Source of the DNA: Pelagomonas calceolata
Taxonomy: Eukaryota
Reading direction: 5' to 3'
NCBI GenBank assembly: GCA_918797485.1
Contig: CAKKNE010000003.1
Location: 4,588,001-4,652,000, forward strand
DNA: 64,000 nt
Below are positions 54,388 to 64,000 of this stretch, piece by piece (positions within the stretch are counted from its first letter, which is position 1; each line of letters starts with the position of its first letter). The translations under genes were made by a program, and so were the position numbers. The notes below the pieces were generated by a model. The model saw only the letters and a list, made by a program, of their open reading frames with translations, was not told the origin of the DNA and did not search any database.

Positions 54388-54892
54388 GCTATTTCCCCCC
54401 TCGAACGACCGTGACACTTTCGGACGCCTAGAACTCTCGATGCCTAGAACTCCCTATAGGCGCGTGCCCCCAAACCCGAATTGACTTTAGTTATCCAGGA
54501 CAAACTATCATAATATAATTTAAGTTTTCCTATTCTTATGGTTGATCGGGACACTGTCAGGGTGGATATAAATATCTGCAGGGTACCTACTGCGGGTATG
54601 TAGAATAAACCGCTAGGGAGGCTGAACCGCGCATAGTCCTGCACTGCAAAGGCCTGGCCCGGGGGCCCATCATACCACGCGTCAGCTAGCTCCGACTCGA
54701 AGTCAATATTATTCTACTCTACTCGTAGTAGAACTGTAAACAAGCGGATTTGGGAGTTCCGCCGAGGGCATTAGGCACCAATCTCAAATCTTTCGAAATC
54801 CGATGCCCCCCCCCCAAGCCGGCTTAGCTACAAGCGTCGAGACGACACCTCACAGCAATCTTGCATCCCAAACCTGTGGGCGTGCACCAAAA

Positions 54893-55674
54893 ATGCTGGC
54901 TCGTGTCGCAACCCTCTTTGTGAGCAGCAATGCGCTAGCCAGCGCGCTCGCGCCCGCCAGGCCGACGCTGTACGTCTACGACCACTGCCCCTTTTGCGTG
55001 CGGGCGCGGCTGGCCTTCGGCCTCAAGGGCATCAAGCACGACGTGCGCTTCATGGCGAACGACGACGTGGACCTCCCGACGTCGCTCGTGGGCAAGAAGA
55101 TCGCGCCCATCTTCGACGACGGCAACAGCGCCCCGTACGCGGAGTCGCTGGACATCGTGCGCAACGTCGACGCGGACCCCGCGTACGGCACGCCCGGCGC
55201 CTTCCGACCGCTGTCGGACCGCACGGACCTCAAGGCGTGGCAGAAGTCCGTGCAGACGCCTTTGCGGCTGCTGCAGCGGCCGCGGTACGTGAAGACCTAC
55301 CTGCCGGAGTTCGTCACCGGGAGCTCGCGCGACACCTTCGTGAAGAACCACCAGCTGCCCCCCTACGAGAGAAGGCCAACTGGCGCTCGGACGAGTTCAC
55401 TATGGATGAGCGCTGGGCCATGTACAACGACCAGTCGCGGGACGCCGAGCTGATCGCCGAGGTGAACCAGAAGCTGCAGGACCTCGAACCCCTCATCCAC
55501 TGCCCCGACTGCGCGACCGAGGGCGGCGTGTCGCTGGACGACATCGACCTCTGGTCGCGCCTGCGGTCGCTCACCATCGTCAAAGGCCTCGTGTTCCCGC
55601 CGAAGGTCCGCGCGTACCTCGACACGTTCGCCGACAGGGGCGACCTGCCGCTCTACGACGCCATCGCGCTCTAG
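54893..55674 (+). CDS. grxB: Glutaredoxin-2 (GrxB, bacterial type) with plastid-like leader; 2-bp frameshift near 55370
   Basis: LYVYDHCPFCVRAR, VGKK..P, ESLDIV, SLDDIDLWSRLRSLTIVKG; leader ...ALASA-LAP; extra GA in TACGAGAGAAGG. Confidence 0.88.
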
Positions 55675-56543
55675 TGTCCCCGCGCGGGGCGTTGCTTGTA
55701 TAGTAAGGAGCTCGTCAGTTTCAGTTTTCTGTGCGAACTTGAAAGAAATATAACCTAGCCTTACAAATGCCAGCATTTTCCCGATTTACCCCATTTCAAA
55801 AATACCCGCGACGCGCTCCGTGGAGCGACCTAGAGCTTGCGCCAGGTGCAAACACACGTGCTTGTGCTAGACATACTAGGACTCCTACTGCGGTACCGTA
55901 GGTACCTACGGTACGGTGATGATCCAGAATTGGGTCTGGTTGTCGTTGTCAAGGTTCTAATTGTAGATGATTTTCATAAGGGGCTGTTCCTACCCTATGT
56001 GCTGGTGTCTAATGAGCTGGGTGCAGCAAGTGCACAATGCAGCTGTTGTAGCTAGGTCTCTCGGGTGTCAATGTGACACGGAGATGCCAACAGGAAGAAC
56101 TCTCACTGAAACGTGAGAGTGTGGGAACCCCCTCAACCCTGAGAATACAGAGTTGGAATAAAGGAGATTAAGAGGGAGAACTTCTTGAAGGAAGTATCCT
56201 AAGATACAGGCCACTAGCCTCTGATATCTACTAGAACCTGAGAGGAGCTCTAGATAAAGGTAACTACAGTATCATAGCACAATCGCTGTATACATAACGC
56301 TGCGACATACCGTAGGTACTCTTGCTATACGGTACCTACGAGTACCGTGGTACCGTAGGTACCGTGGTACCGAGACGGCAGTCCCATGACTTCGAATACG
56401 GAGCCGACGCGGGGTCATGGCGACCGCCACGCCCCATATTTACTCTTGCTGACACGACATCCATCTCTGGATAGTTCACGTGCAATTGGAAACTGAGACA
56501 TCGTGCCGGCCCGACCGTACCTGTACCTCGTTGTGATCCGTCG

Positions 56544-57263
56544 ATGTGTTGCTGCGTTGTTGCGCTCCGGCGTTTCCTCGGCTACGAGGCGGGGATATGT
56601 GACAAGGCGCGGGACCTCGACGCGGACGACGCGCGGTACGACGAGCTGTCGCGCCGCGCGCGCGCGGCCGCCGCCGACGCGCGGGCCCGCGCCGCAGTCG
56701 ACGCGGGCGCCGCGACGGAAGGTCCGTCGCTCACTGCGCGCGTCGCGGCCGCGAATCGCCACGCGCGGGTCGAACTGCGCGAAGTACCGGTAGGGCCAGC
56801 GCCCCGTGGCGGCGCGCGCACCGCGAACCCGCTGCTCACGGAGGCGGGCGCGCCGCCGCCGCCGCGAGATCGATCGCGCGACCGCGCGCGGAACCGCGCC
56901 GAGCTCCGCTCTGAGCTGGACCGCCTGGTAGCGTCCGGTGCCGCGCCGCCGTCGCCCCGGGCGCCGCCCCTCGATCTGCTCAGCGGCGTCCCGCCGGCCA
57001 CGCCCGCGCCGCCGCCGCCACCCGTGCACCCACTCCACCCTCGCGTCGAGCAGGCGCTGCGAAACGAGCACGCGCTACGCCACGCGTGCTTCGGCGCCGC
57101 GACCACGAACGCGCTCCTCGGCGCGGAAGAGCCCGGCGCCGCGAGGTTCGCGGACGCAGGCGTCTCCGCTGACATCGTCGGCGCGGAGGCCAGGCGGTTT
57201 TTGCCGGGCCGTCCCCAGCCGCCGCTAAACGTCCGAGAAACCGCCGGGAGAGTCATAGACCAG

Positions 57264-57266
<3 letters not shown>
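56544..57266 (+). CDS. Hypothetical protein whose stop codon lies in a retrotransposon tail
   Basis: GC-rich ATG ORF ending at the first TAA of the (TAAA)n array. Confidence 0.45.
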
Positions 57267-57294
<28 letters not shown>

Positions 57295-58165
57295 ATTAAG
57301 GAAGACCTAAGAAAGGAACAAGCTCCTAGGAGCCTTCTCCCTGCTCGGTCAGGATGCCCAACCGGAGCCGCGAAATAGCAATAAGGTATCTATACAACGG
57401 ATTTTCGATCTCCCGGGGTAACTCGTCCCCCATGACCAAGCGACATCGGCCCTCATCGGTCAATTGCCGTGCCGGGGGGCAAACCGAGTATAATCTCGCA
57501 AGAAATGCCTCCCGTTCTTCCTCAAAGGCCTCGCATTCAAATAACGTGTGTTGGATCGTTTCCGATTCACGAGATTCGCAACAAGGGCATTGCGCGTTAC
57601 GAACAAGCTGCGTTCGGCTGCTCGAACTCCGGAGGTCGTGGCAACCCAATCGGAACTTCGTCTTCAATCTCCGCCCTTCCCGAAGAGACCCGGGGCACGT
57701 TCTGAGTAAATATTCCGGCAAGCCGAAACGTTCCTTCTCGACCCAATTGCTCATGTTGCGGAGAGTCGACATTTCCTTGAAGCCATCGGCGAGCTCGGAA
57801 ACTCGGCGCGATGCGACGAATTCATTGACGAACTTTTTCGCGGCCGGTTTTTTCAGAGGCCCGGGCCAATTCGCTTCTAACGCCAGATTTTCAAGGAACA
57901 AAGCTCCGTTCTTCGACGATCCGCGACCTTTAGAATCATTCATCAGGCCGTCGTATACGCGGCGAACGAGGAAATCCTGAGGGTCCAACGACAAGATGCT
58001 GTTGCGGAATTTCAACGCCGCGGCGTTTATACGAGTTCCGACGGACGCGACGCCCAGTTCGTGCCAGACGGCGACCGAAGCCGTTTTCGCTTCCACGCCG
58101 AGCAGGCGCCGATAAATGATATTCAACGCGACCGCGATGTCGTGATATTGGCTTTCCGGACAAGC
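57264..58165 (-). mobile_element. 5'-truncated non-LTR retrotransposon family B: ORF2 C-terminus with CCHC finger, short 3' UTR, (TTTA)n tail
   Basis: RRLLGV..ELG, KFRLGCHDL, CPCC...ETIQHTLFEC; shorter copies at ~4193-4303, 15538-15595, 23944-24008, 28972-29246 and 40752-40853. Confidence 0.9.
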
Positions 58166-58806
58166 GTGCGCTTGCACTCCTCGTCCGTCGAGCACGGTTC
58201 ATCGTTCGCGGCGAAGACCCAGGCCATTTGCTGGTGCTTGTACCACCGGTTCCGCCGCGTCTCGCGCGGCGAAGGCGTCGTACGCGCGGGCCATGTTCGT
58301 CCGCGTGCGGTACAGCCTCGCGTGGGCCCGGGACAGCGCGTGGCCCGCGCGGGCCACGACGTAGTGGAGCGCGGCGTTCTCGACCCAGGCGCCGTGGAGC
58401 GCCGGGACGCCGTACGCGCCGCGGAGGTATTCGAGGTAGAGCAGCTCCGCGTGCGCGGCGCCCCCCGACGGGCGACGCGGATCCCAGCGCGAATCCCCGC
58501 GCAAAGCGCGTCGCCTTGACGACGACCGCGGTCCGGCGGCCGTCGAGCACGAGCGTCGACGCGTTCACGTACTTCTCCAACGATACAATAGACTCGTTCC
58601 CCGGCGTCCGCAGCGGCGCGCCGGGGCCCGCGAGGTCCGCGGCCGCGCGCACGCGCCAGCCCGCGGGCGGCGGCGACCGCGGCCGGCCGCGCACGGCCGC
58701 CTCGATCCACGCGTCCGCCGCCGCCGCCCGCGCGAGCGCCGTCGGCCGGCCACGCGCGCGCGCGCAGGAGCGACGCGATTGCGGCGGCGCGGGCGAGGCA
58801 GCCCAT
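58166..58806 (-). pseudogene. Fragmented secreted kinase-like gene interrupted by the LINE
   Basis: Signal-like start, then AVVVK..., AELLYLEYLRG..GVPALHG in different frames; needs at least two frameshifts. Confidence 0.35.
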
Positions 58807-59024
58807 TTCGCAGGGCGTGGCCCCATGTGGGGGCAGCGTAACACACTCTCAGCTCAGTCGCCGCGGAGCGATCGCACCGACATCGCGGAGCGAACGCGAC
58901 GACGCCGCGCCGCGGAACCGATCGCTGCGACGCGATAAGGGGCTGCCCGGGTGGGGGAGTCTGGCCGCGGCTAGGTCGCGGCGTAAAAAGGTGGCGCCGC
59001 CGCGTTAGAAGGGCGCTGTGCTTT

Positions 59025-59131
59025 GCGGAGCGGTCGCGTCGACGCGCGGTTGCGTCGACGCCGCGGAGCAGTCGCGTCGACGCCGCGGAGCGGTCGCGTC
59101 GACGCCGCGGAGCGGCCGCGTCGACGCCGCG
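59025..59131. repeat. Tandem ~22-bp minisatellite GCGGAGCGGTCGCGTCGACGCC just upstream of an ATG
   Basis: About five imperfect units, each with the palindrome GCGTCGACGC. Confidence 0.8.
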
Positions 59132-59145
59132 GGGCCCTTCCTATT

Positions 59146-61755
59146 ATGGGTGCCCGTGCCGTGGGCCGGCTTCTGGCCGCGGCCGCCGCCGCGCGCGCCG
59201 CGGGCGTCGTGCCGTGCAACGCGTCCGTGCCCGGCGCCGCGGCGCCGCGCTTCGTGTTCGTGCGGGGCTTCGGCGGCACGGGGACCGGCCTGGCCGCGAA
59301 ACTGCTGGGCCAACTCCGCGGCGTCGACGCGCTGGCCGGCGTAGACCCGCGCCACCCGGAGCACCAGAGCGAGGGCCAGTACGCGCAGACGGTCTTTCCG
59401 ACCATCAAGAAGCGCACCGCGCGGCGGTGCGGCGGGTCGATCGCGACGTGCGACGCGCTGGTGGACGAGTGGCGGGGCCGGACCGGGGAGCTGCGCGCCC
59501 GGCTCTGCGCGGAGTGGGCGCCGCACTGGCGCGGCGCGCCAAACGCCGCCAAGCTCGAGAAGACGCCGGACCTGGCCGTGCGCGCGTTGGCCGCGCTCTT
59601 TCCCGCGCAGCGCGAGGCCGCGGTCGTCCTCGTCGCGCGGCACCCGCTCTTCTGGCACCACGCGCGCCACTGCGCCGCGCCCGACCCGACGTGCGTCGTC
59701 GGCACCTGGGCTCGCCTCGTGCGGAGCGCCATTCGCGCACTCCTGGAGGGCCCGCTGGTGGCGGTGGTCGCGCGATACGAGGACCTCGTCTCGCGAGGGG
59801 CCGAAGTCCTCGCGTCGGTCGCCGCGGACCTCGGCCTCGCGACCTCGCGGCGCCTTTCGCTCCGAGGCGGCCTCGGCCTCGCGACCTCGCGGCGCCTTTC
59901 GCTCCGAGGCCGGCCGACGCGGGCGCTGCTGTGGCAGTTCTCGGACCACGACGGCCGGGACTACGCGCCGGCGGTCCGCGACTGCCTCGCCGCCGCCGCG
60001 TGCGCCGGCGCCGTGCGCGCGCCCCGGCGACAGGAAGCAATTCAACATTGAGACTCGCCAACGCAGGCACGGCCGCCGCCGGCCTCGAGGCTGCGTTCGG
60101 CTACAACGTCACCTCGGCGAATGGGGACGGCTTCGAGGCGCTCGGGACGTCGCTCCTCCGAAGCTCGCGCGGACCGGCGGTCCGCGCCTGGGCCACGGGC
60201 ACCCCCCTGGGTCCTGCGCCTGCCGGGCCGCCTCCCGACCGCGGCCTCCTCGAGTCGGGCTACGAGTGCTACCGCCGCGCGCCTACCAACGCGACGGCGT
60301 GGCGCTTCGCGAATTCGATGAAGGGCTGGCGCGGCCGGGTCGAGGACCTCCCGCTCTTCGCGGAGCTCAACGCGAATCGCGGCCGCGGCGACCGCGCGCG
60401 GACGCGGCCGTTCTGCAGGCTCACGAACCTCGCGTACGCGAACGGGACGCTCTTCGCGAGCCCCGCGGCCGCCGAGGCCGCATGGCGAGCCACTGCGCGG
60501 GACATGCTCGGCTGGCGCGATCGGATCGAGAACAGTAAGGACGTCGCCGCGCAGCGGCGCCAGGCGTGCTACGGCTTCCTCCCGCGAGCGCCCGAGCTCA
60601 AATTCGCGGACGTGCCGCGGTCCGCCGTCCGGGCTGGCGGGCGGCAGATCTTCTGGGCCCAGGACGAGCTCCAACCGCCCAAGAACAACGTAGCGCACGC
60701 GGCCACGCGAGGCCTCTACTTCGGGTACTCGCTGGCGCGGTGCGCCCGGCGCGACGACCCGCGCTGCCCCAAGGTGGACGACGTCGTCCTGCCCGCGCGG
60801 CACCACATCGGCGGCGGGAGTTGCTGCGGCGCCAGCGACGGCTGCCCGGCCTGCGCCCTCGGCCGCGACTGGACGACGCTGGTGAAGGCGGCCTCGGGGG
60901 TCGGCTGGCACGCGGGCGTCGCCGCGTTCGCGGCCAACGCGGGCTGGGGCCCGAGCGCGACGTATAAAATCGTCGACGCGGTCTTCAGTCCGCACAACTT
61001 CGGCAGCCCGAGCTCGCTCCCGGAGGAGTACTTCCTGGACCCTGGGCACGCCGAAGACCTCCGCGCGGCCCTCGACGCGGCCCTCCCCGCCACCGCGGAC
61101 CTCTGCGGCGCCGGGGGGGGCTGCGTCGGCATCCTCGCGCGGGACCCGCCGCGCCGCCTGCCGCCCGGACTCCCGGCCGAGCTTCGCGCCCTCCTGCCGG
61201 ACCTGGGCGTCGCGGAGGTCGCCTTTCCCAGGCGCGCGCCCTCCCCCGCGCGCCAATTCGCGATGATGCGCGCCGTGGACGTCCTCGTGGCGCCCCACGG
61301 CGCGGCCCTCGCGAACGTGCCATTTCTGCCCAAATGCGCCGTCGTCCTCGAAGCGACCGCCTGCGGCTTCCTCCTCTCGATGTTCGCGGCCCTCGCGTGG
61401 AACTCGGGCCACATGTGGCTCCCCCTCTACTCGGAGTCGTGCCCGGCGCTGGACGCGCCGGTCCGCTACGGCAGCGACCGCCGCCAGACGGCCAGCAGCG
61501 TCGCGGCGTGCACCAACGTCCAGCGCTGTCGCGGGCCGTGCGAAATCAACCTCGAACTCGATCGTGTTCTCCCCAGAGGACGTGTCGAACTTTGGGTTCC
61601 GCACAGGCCGCGCCGTTGTCCGCGACACCGCACCCAACGTGACGGCGCCCCACGTGGCCGCGCTCGTTCGACGTGCACTGCGCATGCGGGAGGCATGCGT
61701 TGCCGAAGAGGCAGGAGCAAGCCGGGGACGAGATCGGGGCCGCCACGGGGGTTAG
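59146..61755 (+). CDS. Sulfotransferase-like plus GT61 glycosyltransferase fusion (frameshifts near 60025 and 61533)
   Basis: FVFVRGFGGTGT, LEKTP, VARHP, RYEDLV, then QFAMMRAVDVLVAPHGAALAN..FLP...VVLE; removing one base from short C/G runs joins the frames. Confidence 0.7.
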
Positions 61756-62508
61756 CATACTAAAAGGACTAGGGGTACTACCAGGCCGTGGTCGCGTCGC
61801 CGGGTCGCGGGGTCGTCGCATCGACGCCACGGGGGCGGCGAGGCGGCCACGCGGCGAGTCGCCCGGGGCGGCGAGGCGGCGGCGCCCGCCCTCGTCTATG
61901 AGAGACGGCTGGGTGCCGTCCTGGACGACCCAGCCGCCCCACCGCATGAACGACCCCTCGAAGGCGCCGGGACCATAATTCATGTCGCTTCGGGCGTCCG
62001 CGAAGCAGAGACGGGCCGTCCGGCGGCACGCGGCCGCCAGCGCCCGGTCCACCGCCGGCGTCGCGGCGTCGGTGGGCCCAGCTTGGCAGCTGAGGCTAAT
62101 GATGATGATGTCGCGACGGCGTGACCACCGTTGCTGGGGCAGTGGATGCGGGCGATCGTGGGCCTGTCACGAATCGCTTGCGGCCCACTAAAAAGCACGT
62201 ATGCGGGAGAACACGGCCCGGGAGGGCGCCGCGGAGCAGATTTGGCTAATCTGGCCGCAAAGCCGCAAGGGCAGCGGGATCTGTTCTACCGCCGCAGCAC
62301 TTACTCTTGGACTCCTCGACGGCTTCTGTGGGCCCGCGCGGGCTAGCGTAAGACAGACACTAGCAAGCAAGCAAGCAAGCAAGCCACTTTGCGCGGGCGC
62401 TCCACTACCATGCAACCATTGCGCGCAGAAATTATATTTGACATCTCAGTATTGCTGCGAAACGGGACGAGAGCCGTGAGCGCGCTACACAGCGCACAGC
62501 ACCAGCCC

Positions 62509-63312
62509 TCACTGCAGCCTCTGCGCAGCAAGCAGTCGCGATGCATTCGTCGACGCGGCGCAGTGGTCTGCCTCGAGCTTTTTTCGCTCAATATCAACTA
62601 ATTCGTGCCGCTCTGCGGCTCGTTTTTGCGCATTCATTCTTTGAGAGTGAACTGCCACAGCACGACTTTCCGCATCCGTAATCTTTTTCAGATCAAGATG
62701 ACGCAAAGTCTTCAGGCGATCAACAGCAAATCGCCGATAGGCAGTAGGGTCTTTCAACGCAATTGGATTGCCGTCCAGGCTTAGCTCCATCAAGTGTCGT
62801 AAATGAAAGAAGCAATCAATTGCGTCTAACGAGTGGATTTTATTGTTGCTCAAGAAGAGGCGCTGAAGCGATTGGACCTGTTGCAGGGACCCAATCTTAT
62901 CTATATAGTTACGCCGAACATTGAGTTCAGTTAGAGACTGCAAACCGCTGAGCCCGTCTAGCTCTGTTAGCTTATTGCCGGCAAGGTTCAATACCCGCAA
63001 CTCCGATAAGGCATCAAGTTGCTCGACTTTTGCGATGGTATTCGAATGAAGGTCTAGCACATCAAGCTTTATCAGCTTACTAAGGTTTGAGATGTGCTTT
63101 ATACGATTTTTGCCGAGCATCAACACCCTAAGCGTTGGTACACACTCAAGATCACGAGATAGTTTTTCGATGCGATTGTTATATAGATCAAGAAAAATGA
63201 GGTTGGGTAGACGAGATAAATTTGTCACCTCTACAATATAACTGTTTTGATAATTAAGCAATCTGATGCGCTCTTCGGCTTTAAGAACTGGACAGGTAGT
63301 GAGATGGCGTCT
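62509..63312 (-). pseudogene. LRRC49: AT-rich LRRC49-like leucine-rich-repeat gene fragment
   Basis: LTTCPVL..EERIRLLNYQN...LDLYNN...LRVLMLGKNRIK...LDVLDLHSN...LTELNVRRN...LFLSNN; no proper start and an early end; codon usage unlike neighbours. Confidence 0.75.
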
Positions 63313-64000
63313 AGGGGCGAGCCGTGGGCCTCAGCTGTGCTACTCAGGCTTTCGGCGAACGAAAGCGCCATCGACTGTTTCGAGTGGACGGATGGTCTGA
63401 TAATTTGAACCTTATTGTAGCCTACTACTCAGTAAGACGTAGTAGGTCTTCCTTATTCAAATAAATGAATGAAAGGTAGATAAATTAGTAAACAATCGCC
63501 ATCGTCGCCTCCGAGCGAACACTCGGGCCGACGGTGTACGGGGGCCGGGGGCGTTCGGTCACGCAGACCCCGCGTCGGCTTGGTGCAAGGCGGCCGAGCT
63601 CTAAGCAAAGCAAATGAAGAAATAAATGAGAGGGGGCGACGCCGACGCCGCGACGGCGTATGAGGGCTGGGCGGGCCGGGCGAACGGTTCAACGAAACGG
63701 TCACGCGGGGAGGCGTCGTGGTGGCTAAGCCACAGCCTCTGGTTGCCTAGCTCCTTCGAACCTTCGAACTGGAACCAACTAAACTTGCATAAACTAAGCA
63801 ACTAAAAACGGCGAGGGCGGGAAAAAAGTACATCACAGCGCCTTTCGCCAGGCTTCCCAAGAGCAGCACTCCAGCTATGGCACGGAGCAAGGATTTCCGG
63901 CGGCGAGCTCCTCCGGCCGACTGACTAGGCTGCCGATAAAGGCGAGATGGCGACACCCCCGCCCCACCGTAGGAGGAGCGCCACCACCTCGAAAGCCACA

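Noticed and set aside
59025..59131. CRISPR-like array
   Set aside because: Units are contiguous with no unique spacers, there are no cas genes and the context is eukaryotic.
39595..61540. Frameshifts at ~39605, 55370, 58490, 58730, 60025 and 61533 as programmed frameshifting
   Set aside because: They fall in short homopolymer or dinucleotide runs in unrelated genes with no shared slippery motif; assembly error or decay is simpler.
61790..62130. Minus-strand gene fragment (DRALAAACRRTARLCF...)
   Set aside because: Coding-like composition but no start codon or recognisable family.
42..63956. The many long overlapping Arg/Ala/Pro-rich ORFs in the track
   Set aside because: They are shadow frames of GC-rich genes and carry no recognisable motifs.

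Overview
Gene-dense, very GC-rich eukaryotic nuclear DNA, most likely from a pelagophyte alga (Aureococcus/Pelagomonas-like stramenopile). This is inferred from codon usage, a stramenopile-type bZIP-PAS factor, bipartite plastid-targeting leaders and Aureococcus-type introner introns. About 28 genes or gene remnants are recognisable, including an actin-like protein, TTC29, DLD, a PPR protein, ankyrin+R-SNARE, glycosyl/sulfotransferases, UQCC1, NAMPT, SEL1, a front-end desaturase, two Asp/Asn beta-hydroxylase-like genes, the ADP/ATP carrier, PIG-U, GBP-PH, XRN, EHD-PH, GrxB and an AT-rich LRRC49 fragment. The strongest signal is that all 12 introns I could reconstruct are followed by an exon starting GY. 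Most show an 8-bp target-site duplication supplying the donor and a terminal inverted repeat supplying the acceptor, forming an age series from near-pristine ~200-bp elements to 50-80-bp eroded introns. Intergenic DNA holds two families of 5'-truncated non-LTR retrotransposons, a long-TIR foldback element and a Helitron-like hairpin repeat. It also shows a polarised motif pattern: GGTACC(TAC) arrays upstream of gene starts and GACTC/GAGTC arrays after gene ends. Several frameshifts in short runs probably reflect assembly error. All calls are by eye; no searches were run.
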